Part shown: piece after piece, positions 51,701 to 64,000 of the stretch
Layout: each line of letters opens with the position of its first letter
Numbering within the stretch: position 1 is the first letter of the stretch
NCBI GenBank assembly: GCA_973895155.1
Contig: OZ316895.1
Span: forward strand, 12,833,363-12,897,362
Direction: 5' to 3'
Length of the DNA stretch: 64,000 nt
Source of the DNA: Marsupella aquatica
Taxonomy: Eukaryota; Plantae; Marchantiophyta
The notes under the pieces: generated by a model
Told to the model about the DNA's origin: nothing
Database searches by the model: none
Seen by the model: only the letters and a program-made list of their open reading frames with translations
Made by a program: the position numbers and the translations under genes

Positions 51701-53266
51701 ATAGAATAGTCAGATAATTAGTCACATACAGACCAATCGGGGTAGTAGCTAGCAGATGGGAGGTGAGGATGACACAAAACAAGGGGTGATGCTTGAGATT
51801 AAGAGCCGTCGATTCACTAACTGTATCCATTCACTTAGAATATACAATTTCAACAATACAGTCCTCAATACGTTTGATGATCGAGATACTGGACTGTGGA
51901 TCCCGCTTCCAGGCTAGGCACCGCAGCTTAAGAATTCGTCACGAAAAAACCACTAAATGATGATAACAACCGCCGTCCATCCAATACAGTCCTCAAGATT
52001 AATGGAAAGAGAGAGTGTAGCCAAGGGTAGGAGGATGGAATCTGACCTCACGCTTGCAGATCCTATTGCAGGGCCAAAATTGAATCGCCGCAGATTTGAG
52101 AGGTACAGAGCGCCGGCGGTCCGAGCCGCATCGAGGGTGCCATTGACAGAGTACATGGCGCCATCGGGGCTGAGCTGCCTTAGCTCCAAAGATGAGATGA
52201 ATGGTACCCCCGTATTCGTCACCAAGCAGAAGTGGGTCAAGGTCCCCGCCGAAAAGAAAATTCCCTCGTGCGCTATGGGAGTGCTGAGGAAGTCGTAGGA
52301 GGCGCTGGTGGTGTACTGCACGGTGAACCAAATGGTACCGTTCACGGCCACCTCGAACTGGATCGGGAGGGTCAGCTCGGGGGTATTCCCTTGGAAGAAC
52401 ATGGCCCGAAGCAAGAAAGAAGTGTTGCCCGTCGTTGGCAGCTCATAGCAATGCTTACTTCGGCCATCTGGAAAGTATCTGAAGGTTTGCAGGGCTTCCC
52501 AATTGTCTAGACTAGAGTATACAGGGAAAGGGACTCGTCCATTTATCCCTGTAGACGTGTACTTGCTATCACCTTCCCAAGGGATCGTTGTGACAGTATC
52601 GTCGTAAGAAACAGCTCCACAGTCGATGCTGACAAATCCTGTGCTCACAAACACGCCCACAAACACGTTTCTATGAAGCATTGCGAAGCAGCACGGGAAA
52701 CTACTCCTCCACACCAGCGTGTCCAGTCAAATCGATTTAACTAAGAAATGCCTGAATCCTAGGTTAATTAATATAACGAACTGGATGTTACTTGGTGTGG
52801 TCTAGCTACTGTGACTCAGGAAGTTATGATTTTCAACGAGATTGACTATTGATACTTAGTTTCAGAGAGATTCGTCGAACCATTGAAACAATTGGCGTTC
52901 TGCATTTCTTCATTCCTAGACAGATCAGGAACAGGAAAGAGTTCTCTTAATTAGCTACAGCAATTCAATGGAGACCAAAGTCTGCTTCAATTCATGGACG
53001 TGAAAACCTGTACTGTCTCAATAGAAACGGTGAATGATGATTTAACGCAGTATGAACGCAAGTTTGACGAACTACTAAGAAATCTTGAAGATTCGTTGCA
53101 GCTAATAAGACTTTGGGACAAAACGTAACAGCTAGCGGGATGAATGGCTGAATGGATAGAGAGACGAACCAGGTATACTTCGCCCTTCAATGCTGACACA
53201 GATGAACGACAATATCAGCCCGATAGAAAGGCACCTTCCAATTCGGAACACATCCCATCCTCCCAT
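45737..53266 (-). CDS. Malectin-like / LRR receptor-like kinase, copy 2
   Basis: ATG at 53266 (MGGWDVFRIGRCLSIGLILSFICVSIEG), GFVSIDCG, RYPDDPYDRFW, WQGDPC, three LRR exons, TM, and kinase motifs [27 protein letters not shown]. Exon layout matches copy 1. An open frame requires a shifted acceptor at 48449-48450. Confidence 0.9.
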
Positions 53267-54916
53267 CCTAGCTCAATGTTCTGTCGTGCAGACAGCTGTG
53301 CGTGCTGCAATCACATGTACATCACTTGCAAACCCTGGATCTTGGAGTGCTAACTACTGTACTTCTTTGTCAATCAGGAACCGCTCCACCATAACCGTGG
53401 TGCACCTAGAATACGACGCAGGTTGCCATTCCTCACTCCGATGAAAGGGGTCTGGCTATGACAGATCAGTGCCTTCCAAAGTTCTGCAATGCCACTCCAT
53501 TCGCCCACGTATGAACCGTAGATATGATTGTTGTGCTAGCTTGCAAAGGAGTTGTTGGAAATAGACGGAGGTCAAGCTGAAGGTCAACCACCCAGGAGTT
53601 TATATATTGAAGGTTGTCGTCTTCGGTTTCAATGAATGAAATTCAATGGAAGCTTTCCCAAATTCTAGGATTCTAGTTAGATGCTGCGCTGAATTTGAAG
53701 CTGCTAAAGTCAATAAAATCAAATCACATCCACTTGCAAGCGGAGTAGCTGACCCAGGCAGCCGTGATGCCTGACAGTACATACATTATTTTCTGGAATT
53801 ATATTCTATTTTGAGTCCAACAGAAAGTGGTCATATATAATTTGCAAAATGGGGCCGATCCTACACGGTTCCGCACTTCAACCTCTCTCGGCAGTGGAGG
53901 GTTGTTGACGAGACAATTTGCTGGCAATCAATAGCAGAGCTTAATGCTCCCGGAATCATGGTCAACTCCAGGAAAGTCTTTTCGGGGTCAGACAAGTCCA
54001 GGAAAGTCTTTTTCAGGTCAGAAAACTCCACGAAAGTCTACACGAGTACCCGATGTGAATCAGTGGACCCATTACCCGATATGCCCAACGTGACATTAAT
54101 ATCCGGAGACTGCGCTGACATTAATTCGACAGCATTTTGCGGGAGAAGCAGACCCATCATTCTGATGAATCCGATTGCCCTTCAAATTTACTGTAACTCG
54201 TAGGATTTGTCATTTGTCATCTCAGTTCCGTTCATTTGGGAGCCAAAAATTTACAACTTGACAGTATCGCTCGTCAAAGCAAACTGCCTGAAGCCTACGC
54301 CCTCACTCGAAAGGGCCCACATAGGCCAAATTAGAACGAGTAAAGAGTACCCTTTTAAAACTTTTCGAGGGCATTGTGAGGGCTTCAGCCCTGAATTTTG
54401 AGGGGCCCATGCCTGCCTAGGGCTGTCTTGCATGTGCAATAGTCCTCAAAAAAACCCCAAAACTAGCCCACAAATGTAGGGGAAATTAAAGTATAAATCT
54501 GAATCTAAACTCAATCAAATAGCGCAAGCATGCAATATGGGGCAATACGGGTCCATTCAGCTGCAATTTTATTGTATTCTCTTTTGAAGGTTCGGGACCT
54601 CAAGGGTCGGAAAATGTCTGGCCCTTGTCCTTGCTTCCCCACAAAATATGCCATCAGGAGCCTTACTGTTGCAGCGTTTTTGAAGTGACACGGGTTCACT
54701 TGGGAAAACAAAGGACCTTGCACATGCAAAACTGCCCTGAGTGTCCAGTAACAAGGAGTTCATGCATTTTAGTAGGTGAAAGATTTTCTACTTCTACTAT
54801 TTCTGGTTTGTTTTTCCCCTTCTCCACTCTTGAGTACAAACACGGAATTTTACAGAGAGACAAAGCAAGTACAAATCTCAAAATGCCCAAATGCCCGTGC
54901 ACCTTGTGTGATAGGC

Positions 54917-54986
54917 ACTCTCGTCCATAAAGCTCACAAATACACAAAGCTACTCTCGTCCATAAAGCTCACAAATACACAAAGCT
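54917..54986. repeat. Perfect 35-bp tandem duplication
   Basis: ACTCTCGTCCATAAAGCTCACAAATACACAAAGCT at 54917 and 54952. Confidence 0.9.
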
Positions 54987-55426
54987 AAAATTCATCAAGT
55001 GCCCATCAACCGCTCTGCAAGGGTTTTTTGAAATTTTGGCTCGATTTGTCTCTCGGTTAACAATGCACACTTTCCACTTGCCTAAAATTCTGATCACTTT
55101 CTTGGGTACAACTTTCTGTGAAAGGGAATTATGGGATACATTCGAAAGAAAGAGCCAGAAAATATAGACCCTCTACTACTTAAATTCACTAGCGATCCTG
55201 ATCAATGGTGGAGCAAGGTCACCACCCTGTCCCACCTGGTCCTGCCCTCACTTGCCATTCCCCTTATTTTCTGAATTACTTCGTAGTGGCGAAAGTTTGT
55301 CAAATCATGTCCCCAAGTTATCCTATGTGACTTCTCGAATGAAAGTAAAAGTTTTCTGATTGTCACCTCACATGGTCCTTATGAGCTAGAACCCTTGCTC
55401 ACCAAAAAAAGACCTTGGGTGGAGAA

Positions 55427-58405
55427 AAATATACACACTTTTGATATACAAAGGGACCAAACAGAGTACAAATGAACAAACAAAAGAGGGCCCAAGTGGA
55501 CAAAACCAATCGAAAAAGAAGTGAGCAAAAGGGAACCACTAAACACCAAGAAAGAGGAACTAAAAGTAAGAAATGAACAATAGGGAACCCCTAAAAACCA
55601 AGAAAGAGAGAGAGACTAAAACTAACCCAAGCGGACCGAGGTCCTCATCATTCCTACCGATTGTGGCAAAAAGCTAATGGTCCACATCAAGAGTCAAAAC
55701 TAGATCGGCAAGTGGGATTGGAACATCCTCAAGGGGAGCTAGCCGCTGCGGAGGCACACTAGCACCCACTGTAAGAGATCGACGATAGATGGCCCGAGCT
55801 TGAGCACGCTGTAAGGTGACTGAAATGCGTTGGCGAAAGTGCGTGGTCAAAATAGAAAGCGGGGGTCCGGTGGGACCCATTCGGCCATGAACATCCCGGG
55901 CAGCTTGCCGAAGAAGCCCATCAAACTGAGGATGAAGACGCCCAAATAGCTCCACAGCAAGGGGGAGGAAGCTGTCGGATGAAGCTCGTGCAGCATATTT
56001 GGCCTCCTTCGTTGTTGCCGCACGTGACGCTGCTGCCCCTGCCGTAGTTGCCGCTGTCCCAATGATGTCTTGGCGCAATGGGTTTGCCACCACAACATCT
56101 GCCAAAGTACGTTGACCCTCACGGACCATGGTAAGATCCACCCGTAACCGCTGTGATGGAGGACCAGGTAACTCGAGTACCACCTCCCGCCGCACGCATA
56201 CCAAAGAGCCAGAGAGAACCTGAGCAGTCGCATCTCGCACAGCGTCGTGAACAATAATGGTTTCACCTCCCAAACTGCACCGAAGACGATGGACACCTGT
56301 GGCATCACAAGGCTTCCCACAAGTGCAAGAAGGAGGTAAACCTGCAAGAAGTGGGTGGGGCAGCCCCAGACGAAGACGCATGGCTGTGGAGAACTCCGTT
56401 GAAGACATCCGCAAATGAGGAATGACTGGATTGGCCTGAAGCCATCCACCTGCGCCCTTCCCTCCGGAAGAAAGAATTCGAGCTCGGTCCGTGTCAGGTG
56501 CCTCGGAGAGGATGCTGGAAAGGGTGAAAGTGTGCATACGCCCAGCGAGGTCTGCCTGAAGACGAACGGGATCCAAGGATAAAAACTCCTGGAAAGAAGG
56601 TAACGCGGCGCGAACGGGATCTGGTAATGAGGACCGCGCTGCGCGCAAATGAACCTGAAACGGGAGGGAACCCTCCTCTACCTCCATGAGAGATGAAAGT
56701 AAAAAAGGGCGATCCTCAATAAGAAAACGATCGGCCAACAACGAGAAGGCGGCCGCCCATGCACCCAAAAAGGCCAAAGGTGCAAGGCTCTCAATGGAAG
56801 TAAGCCCAAAACCACCCTGCGAAATAGGAAGACTGAGTTGTCGATGAAGCCACGGAGATGAGAGCAACGTACCCGGACCTAAAAGAGAGGCCAGGGTCTG
56901 ACGAATGGAGACATCAAATGCTCGAAGGTGGAGACAAAGATCCTCGGTAGGGGGATGCGTCCTAGCCAGATAAGACGCACGAGGGTGGATGCACCTCAAC
57001 AACATCCCAAATGCTGCCTGAGAATCTGCTAACTTAGGGAGCATAGGAGTATGGGCTAAGGCAGCCTGTATAGAGTCAGCGATGAAAGATGAGCAAAAGG
57101 AGGCGGTACCGACTGGGGAGCCAAGGACCCGAAGACCATCGGCTGGACGTAAGAACCCTGGGGGAAGCACAAGATCAGAGGGTAACCCAGCTGGACTCCA
57201 TGCACGACTCTTCACAGGCTGAACTCGTAAACCGAGGCCCATCAAATGGGTGGAAAGAGTGGCGAGAGCAGAAGTAACCGCGGCAGGAGGACCAATGATG
57301 TGGGTGTCATCTGAAAGGGAGGGGAAGATACACTGGGGGTGGGCCATGGCAGCTTCCCGTAAAGCTGTAAAATGGGCAATGGCAAAAAGAGGCCCACCCA
57401 AAGGGTCACCCTGACGTGTACCTTCTGCAGAGGAAAGAGTGGTATACACACCTGTAGAGGAGTGATGACTATAGAAGAGTGGGGCCTCGAGTCCATAAAA
57501 ACAACGGACAAAGGGAATCAGGGACTGGATGTCTGGATCCGCCGCCCTCAAAGCATGAAAAATGGCTGCCCGAGAAACCGTATTAAAAGCGTTAGAGACA
57601 TCAACCTGGAGGACAACCCAATCAGGGTGGAGGTCCAATGTAGCTCGAATACCCGCAATAACCGTCTCACAACCGCCAGGAACGCCAACTGCAAACTGAT
57701 GTGGAGAGAGATGATCCGATAGTGCAGAGCGAAACTGTGAGGAAAGTGTGCGAGACACAAGACGAAGAAAAACCTCCCCAATAGCAATTGGCCGAACACC
57801 CGGCGAAGACTTAGCCATGGCCAATAAACGAGAAGCACTCAAGAGCCGAGAGACGGGAGGAGGCAAACGACCGGCTGCAATACACTGGCAAAAGGAGAAG
57901 AAAACTGGAAAACCAAACTGAGGATCCTCAGGGGGAAATAAATCACGAAAATGCTCAAAGACATAGCCGGAGGGGCCACCAGCAGAACAACGCGGGGCAT
58001 GGAGGAAGGCATAGGTGAAGTGGTCCCTACTAAACTGAAGATCCTCCTCAGGCTCAAAATCCTCGACAAACAAAGGGAGCTGATCATGGGGCTGCGGATG
58101 GAGATCCTGAAGGGCCAACGAGGTGACCTCGCCAGGGGGGGCTGGTGTGGTGGGAGAAAGGGCCTGGACAGCCCGACGATATTCACCAGCCTGGGCTAAA
58201 CGACAAGAGCGACGAAGACATCTATGCTCAGGGGGATGAGAGTGGCGAGCTGGGTCAGACAAAGCACGGGCGGTAAAAGACCGGGCGCGAAGAAAGTACT
58301 CTTCCTGAAGCTGCTCCCAATCTCCCCGTAAAAAACGATGGATACGAGAGGCAGTCTCACGGTGACCCACACGACCACCATGACTAGGGAGGGTAAGAGT
58401 CCACT
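55427..58405 (-). mobile_element. CRE-like non-LTR retrotransposon (RT plus restriction-like endonuclease), 5'-truncated
   Basis: Contains the ORF listed next and a T-rich 3' UTR at about 55430-55670. A candidate 8-bp TSD GTGGAGAA lies at 55419-55426 and 58406-58413 (tentative). Confidence 0.8.
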
Positions 58406-58475
58406 GTGGAGAAGATGTTGCCTCCCCCCCTGCAAGACGTTTCCATTCGGTCCTCCTTGATATTAGTGCGTGCAA
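55674..58475 (-). CDS. Reverse transcriptase / zinc knuckle / RLE polyprotein; no true ATG start, N-terminus missing
   Basis: RPIAIGE, QFAVGVPGG, DVSNAFN, GTRQGDPLG, LSDDTHI, LRVLG, SLPISQGGFGL, CTCG..HRLRC..HDAVRD, RVDL..LADVVV..KEAKY..FLPLAVELFGRL. The frame is open for 933 codons from a TTG. Confidence 0.9.
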   Translation of the reverse strand: MHALISRRTEWKRLAGGEATSSPQWTLTLPSHGGRVGHRETASRIHRFLRGDWEQLQEEYFLRARSFTARALSDPARHSHPPEHRCLRRSCRLAQAGEYRRAVQALSPTTPAPPGEVTSLALQDLHPQPHDQLPLFVEDFEPEEDLQFSRDHFTYAFLHAPRCSAGGPSGYVFEHFRDLFPPEDPQFGFPVFFSFCQCIAAGRLPPPVSRLLSASRLLAMAKSSPGVRPIAIGEVFLRLVSRTLSSQFRSALSDHLSPHQFAVGVPGGCETVIAGIRATLDLHPDWVVLQVDVSNAFNTVSRAAIFHALRAADPDIQSLIPFVRCFYGLEAPLFYSHHSSTGVYTTLSSAEGTRQGDPLGGPLFAIAHFTALREAAMAHPQCIFPSLSDDTHIIGPPAAVTSALATLSTHLMGLGLRVQPVKSRAWSPAGLPSDLVLPPGFLRPADGLRVLGSPVGTASFCSSFIADSIQAALAHTPMLPKLADSQAAFGMLLRCIHPRASYLARTHPPTEDLCLHLRAFDVSIRQTLASLLGPGTLLSSPWLHRQLSLPISQGGFGLTSIESLAPLAFLGAWAAAFSLLADRFLIEDRPFLLSSLMEVEEGSLPFQVHLRAARSSLPDPVRAALPSFQEFLSLDPVRLQADLAGRMHTFTLSSILSEAPDTDRARILSSGGKGAGGWLQANPVIPHLRMSSTEFSTAMRLRLGLPHPLLAGLPPSCTCGKPCDATGVHRLRCSLGGETIIVHDAVRDATAQVLSGSLVCVRREVVLELPGPPSQRLRVDLTMVREGQRTLADVVVANPLRQDIIGTAATTAGAAASRAATTKEAKYAARASSDSFLPLAVELFGRLHPQFDGLLRQAARDVHGRMGPTGPPLSILTTHFRQRISVTLQRAQARAIYRRSLTVGASVPPQRLAPLEDVPIPLADLVLTLDVDH

Positions 58476-58509
58476 CAGGGGGTTCCATTTTTTGTCTTTT
58501 GTCTCCCCA

Positions 58510-58662
58510 TTTGATTCCTTTTTGTGTGCAAAGGTTTATGTCCTTTCAGTCCAAACTATATTTAATTCATTCTGGTTTTGTGCCTTTGATTCCTTTTTTT
58601 GTGTGCAATGGTTTGTGTACTCTTGGTACACACTATATTTAATTTACTTTTGGTTTTGTGAC
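58510..58662. repeat. Degenerate ~75-bp T-rich tandem duplication
   Basis: TTTGATTCCTTTTTGTGTGCAA..GGTTT..ACTATATTTAATT...TGGTTTTGTG occurs twice. Confidence 0.7.
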
Positions 58663-58969
58663 TTATGTTTATTGATTAGTTCTTTTTCCGACACTGCAAT
58701 TTTGAATGAGGACCACTTCAAAAAAGGGCGCAACCCTTCATTATAGGAGTTAATTCATTTTTTCTCACTACACACGGGACTACACAACATTGGAATCCAA
58801 TCTACATTTGGGAGAAGATTGTCGGTGTAACATGGTGGTTCAGTTGCTTTGTAATCCAAACAGAAACCTCGATTACCAACATGTACATTTCTAAGTAAAG
58901 CTGAGGAAGGCACTGTAACTTCGCTCTGAACTACGCAACGCGAGGATATGATGCTACCTGCAGCTTTCA

Positions 58970-61900
58970 TCATTGCAAGGTTTGATAGCTACTACTGTTG
59001 GATCTTAACACAAAGGAGCGAGATCGTGAATGAAACGGACTATGAACAGAGAACGATTTCTCTAGCCCGATAGCTTCATTAATATCGCTCACAACTTGGG
59101 TGAAATCTGGCCTATTTGCTGCAATTGGAGCTATACACGAGAGCGCTACGTCTGCCATTCTCCACATCGATTCTGGGCTGTACATCCCTTGCAGATTCGG
59201 ATCAGCCAAAGCTTGTATATCGTTTCTTTCCACCAACTTCCGCACCTGTCACCATTAGAGTGGGTTTCATACGATCAATTAGCTCAGGAGCTTCGAGGTT
59301 TGTAAATTCATTGGAAAGTCCCCATTCTCATAGAAAAAGATGTGGCCTGCCTAACGTGCGTCAATTAGTAGCACATTTGCAGCCTATATCATATCATGAT
59401 GATTTACTCGGAGTTCTGCGAGGGGGATGTTGGCTCGACCATTAGAGCAAGTCACCCCAGCCTAGTAAGTCTCCTTTTCCTGGAAAGAGGAGAATGGGCC
59501 GGAAGTGGATCGTCTATCCTTTGAAAACTCCAGTCGATTCTTCTGATCCATGAATGTTCAGGTTCGAGATATAGAGTACTTGAGCGATAACAAATAAAGA
59601 ATCTATGCAACAAAAAATTAATTATGATGAGATAACAGCAGAGTGGCTTACCCGGTCCACAAGAACGACTGGTGACTTTCCAGTCGAGTGCACACTGAAA
59701 GGAGGTAGCCCGGTAATGATCTCTGCTAGAACGACACCGAAGCTATATACATCGCTTTTGTAAGTTAGCCTTCCAAGGTGGTGGTACCTGATGGACATTA
59801 ATTTGCATAAGATCAGCACACTAGAGGTGACATATATCAGGTAAACTTTGTGACGATTTAGTTCTTACCATCTACTATATTTTAAGCGGCAGTAAGGGAC
59901 GTCCAGTTATATCTGCCAGGCAAGATTATTCACGAACACGTACTGGGTCCTGGCCAGTCCCCTAGTAAATAATATGTTAAGTTGAACTTTTCAAGACTAG
60001 GTTGCAGTCCTGTCAACCTCCAATTTGAATTGGGTGGAAGTGTTCCAACAAATTACTAGCAAGTGGAGTGGGGACCAACTTCTTGGGAAGTAGCAAATCT
60101 CAGCCCCATTCAAATAAAATAATCAGTGCCTCATTAGGCTCTGCCATAGACTCTCATGTCAAGTACTTGGTCCAAATATTTTTGCCATGGCCAGGATCTG
60201 GCCAGTGCGCTATGAGCGAGTAATCACAAAAAACAAAGAGGGTTGCCCAGAGTGAGTAACCACAAAACACAAAGAGAGAAAACATCGACGGGACCAAACT
60301 TCATTCTCTAGAGCATTCATGCCTCTTCTGCATTCCACTTTACTTCAGTTATAAAACACACATGCAGAATAAATCTATAGACCGCGTCTTCTTAAATTGG
60401 TGCGAGGGAGACATACTCGGGATCGAGGTAGCGGGGCGTGCCCTTCACACCCGTGGAATATCCAACGGTGTTTTCACCAGGTGTTGATTTTGAGAGCCCG
60501 AAATCAGCAACTTTTGCAGCCATGTTGTCATCAAGAAGTATGTTGTTTGGCTTCACATCTCTGTGTATTATGGTTGGATCACATCCTTTATGTAGGTATT
60601 CCAGCCCTGCATGGCAATCAGAAATTACGTCACAAAATCCAAATCTCATCAGGAGAATAAGCTCATGCCCTATTGAAGTTAAGACAAAATTACCGACCAA
60701 ACCAAAGCCATTGTAGTTACCTTTTGCGACATCCGCAGCGATTTGAAGCCTCAATTTCCAATCCAGTGTGCCTCGAGATTGTCCTTCATCTGCATCGAGC
60801 GAATGTTGCACATGATTACTCATTCCATGAAGTTCCCGGATTAAAGTTCAATAGGTCTTAGGCATACCTACGCTCATATGAGTATCAATCTCTGCTTGGC
60901 CCCTTCCATGCCCAAGTGATGGTCTGAGAAAGGAGAAGGTAACAGCAAACTCATGGAGAAACACAAGCTACTGGAATGGGAGTAGTTTTGTTTGTTTACC
61001 ATGGAGCCAGTCTTGCAATGTACCATTCGCCTGGTATTCGTAGATTAAAATGAGCTCTTTTCCCTCATCGCAGTAGGCAATGAGAGATACCAGGTTTCGA
61101 TGGTGCACTCTTGTGAGAATCTCAACCTGCGCACGTTACGAATTGGTTTTCTATAAGGATCCGATAAGTTTAAAATCACGTTTTTTTCATCGTGGAGAGA
61201 ACTTGTTTAGAAATACTGGAAATAGTTCTCAAAGCGTTAGCATGAGGCTATGGCACCTTGTGACATGTTATCATATGTGCCTGGGAAAAATGGAAACAAT
61301 ATGAAGTCAAGTTACTCCTCATACATACCTCTGTAATGAACTCGTGGCGACCTTGTTGAGATTGAACGTTATTCAGTTTGACAGCCACTTCTCTGTTGTC
61401 AAGCCATCCATGGAACACTGACCCATATGATCCTTGCCCAATTTCCACACTGAAATTGCGTGTTGCAATTTTTACTGTCTCGTAGGAGACACGTCCAACT
61501 TCTGCAGAGTTCAGGACTAATGGAGGTTTGCTTACGGAGGTGTCAAAGTCTGAAGCATTCCTCAAAGGCGTTGGTCGGGATGAAGTCTGTTTTTCTGTAA
61601 GCACGCTCAAAATTAGGAGGGAGAGTAGTCAAAACCAGGTATTCCCAGACTTTGTAGGATACAAAATGTTCTATTTGTCTAAAATACTAAACTACCCTCA
61701 AGAATTCACAGAACTCTGAACTGGCTGCAACATATTAATTGGAAAATTGTCCCAGTACTAATAATCTCCAACAATCTTACAGCAGTTAGTTGTGGTGTCA
61801 GATTGATTGAAGCGGACAACTTTGCAATTTTGCTATTATAATTTGTTGCGATCTCTAAAACAGCGAATTAAAAGAATGTTCAAACCCATTCATAAGATAA

Positions 61901-63564
61901 CGAAAAAATGTAGGCACTGAAGATGAAATACTTCACATAAACTGACACATTCGAAATACATAAAGCTTGGTCAGAAACAACAACGAACGAGATAAACGCA
62001 CAAAACTAATAAAGCAAAACATTTAAGCATAATTAGTACATGCTCACCTGCGATCGCAATCTCCCCGTTCTGAAGATGATTCCGTCTCTTCTTCTTTAAG
62101 TAAAAGCACCGAAGCAGTATACCAATTACGATTCCCAACCCCAAAACAACCCCAGCTACAACACCAACGATGACTCCGAGGTTGGAAGATTTCTTCGTTG
62201 AGGCTGGGGTGACTGAGGATGCGTTCAACAAGCTATTTCCAGAGTAGCTACAAATCACATACAATGATGACTTATTACTTATAAATCCATTCTTGTAGAA
62301 TTATCTGCCATCCAAGAATTAGACGCAATCCAACACTACAAAAATTTTGTGAGGATCTTTCCCGTGTTTTATTGTGCTTGAATATCTAAAATGGTCGTCG
62401 GCCTTTGCTGTATACAGAATTATTTATTAGTAAAGCTAATGTCATGACAAAAGGCCTAAATAACTTCTTTCTGGCTCACCTCATTGAAAAAAAAAAAATG
62501 ATTACAGCAGGGTTATCCCATTTTGTGCGAGGTAGTTTATCCTGTGACCACCTACAACGCATTTGGCAGAAAAATCTCTTCAAGTTGAAATTCTCTAATA
62601 CATATACGTGCAACTATGTCTCCTTCCTAAAGCCTTCAATATCCCCATCACTTTTAGATAATTTATTTTGAATTCCCGTGCGAGTTAGCTGAAACGAACA
62701 ACCTTTCTAGTTCATTTCCAGTTCACTAACGATCAAGGTGTCTTATTGAAGCAAAAACATGCGCTATGGATGTAATCGGGGATGTAATAAAGAGGATGTT
62801 ACATACTCAAAATCTGTGCCCAACTTTGTTACGAGGACAGACGGTACTCCCCCCGACAGGTTGTTGTCATTTAAGAAACTACAAAAAATACGATCGAAGT
62901 GATCAGAAAATCGTCAGTTTTTCAAGAAACTACAAAACCTTAATATCGAAGTGGTAAGGAAAACAACACTTACTGTTATCACCATTGATTCACAGAAAGT
63001 TGTGAACTCCGAAACACTCGACTGCCCTTTTTCAGTTTTGACTCTATTGTTAATGAATGTACAAGCTTAGTCAAAGGCTAATAACTTCCTTTGAACGAAA
63101 TCGAATCTCACAACAATGTCATGTCTTGTAGAAATTTATTCTCTGCATATGGAATAAACTTACAGAAAAATCAGATTTGGGATGGAAGCCAAAGACTCTG
63201 GAATGGACCCATACAAGTTGTTATGGTCGAGGTGACTGCAAAAATACACGAGAGAGAAAGTTAGCCTTCTCGAAAACATTTATAAATTAGAGCGGATGAC
63301 CGATTGATTAGGCTCTGTAACCGACCAAATGGGCTACAACAATCACCTCGAACAGAAACGAAGCTTATCAACCGTTAATAGTAAATCACTGCAATTTTTA
63401 TTGTAGATTTTAAGTCTTGAAATTTACTGTGAAACATCTGTACAAAAATCACCACGCCATTTTTTCCAATCAATCGGATTCCGCAGACTTACATTTCTGT
63501 CAATGCGTCAAGTTGTGATATACTTTGCGGGATAGAAGCAAGGATGCCCATTCTTGACAGCATT
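58970..63564 (-). CDS. Malectin-like / LRR receptor-like kinase, copy 3 (partial; 5' part beyond the window)
   Basis: Three LRR exons (63493-63564, ~63163-63234, ~62810-62878), TM exon ([21 protein letters not shown]), and kinase motifs [28 protein letters not shown]. Exon layout and 3' flank are homologous to copy 2. Confidence 0.9.
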
Positions 63565-64000
63565 CTGCACACAAGCATCACCCGGTCAATGTCTTGTCGT
63601 TTGTGAAGAACCTCAGTTTTATCCACTCATTCTAAGAATATGTAGGAATAGATTCCAACAATCCGTTTCCAAGGTTGTGCTGTTTGAATCGAGCACCAGT
63701 CCACAATTCGTTGCAATCAACGTGGTTAACTTGAGGTGACCAAAGGACTCCTGGGACTGTACGTCTTGAATTAGACTCACTGAGACTAGATTTGAGGTCT
63801 TTTTCTTCTCGTAAGGTCACGATTGTAACGAGCATGCGAACTTTCACTGATATATCTCTTGCACAAATGAATGCATCGGAAAGCAAAGGTAAAATTCAAA
63901 ATTTGATTTGCACAAATCGGTTAAGTACATCAAATTTTATCCCAGATAATACTGTCCTCCCTAACATGAGAGTCTACACCATCAAATATCCTGATCTATC

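Overview
Intron-rich land-plant genomic DNA; a non-seed plant such as a bryophyte is my inference from the TE types and gene structure. Left to right: (1) a multi-exon SRS2/UvrD-like DNA helicase gene on the minus strand, probably continuing past the left edge; (2) about 15 kb of transposon and repeat DNA, containing a 61-63 bp tandem array, a displaced copy of the NFXL1 5' intron/UTR, a frameshifted Replitron-type HUH transposase, and a nested 4,717-bp TG...CA element with a 5-bp TSD that carries one decayed ~1,230-codon gene but no gag/pol and no LTR pair; (3) a single-exon NFXL1 (NF-X1 zinc-finger) CDS on the plus strand; (4) three tandem malectin-like/LRR receptor kinases (LRR-RLK I type) on the minus strand, separated by an L1-type LINE remnant and a 5'-truncated CRE-like RT/RLE retrotransposon whose ORF is uninterrupted. 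The best candidates for novelty are the gene-filled solo-LTR-like element, the Replitron, the NFXL1 leader duplicate, and a splice-acceptor shift in RLK copy 2. All family calls come from motif recognition by eye; no searches were run.
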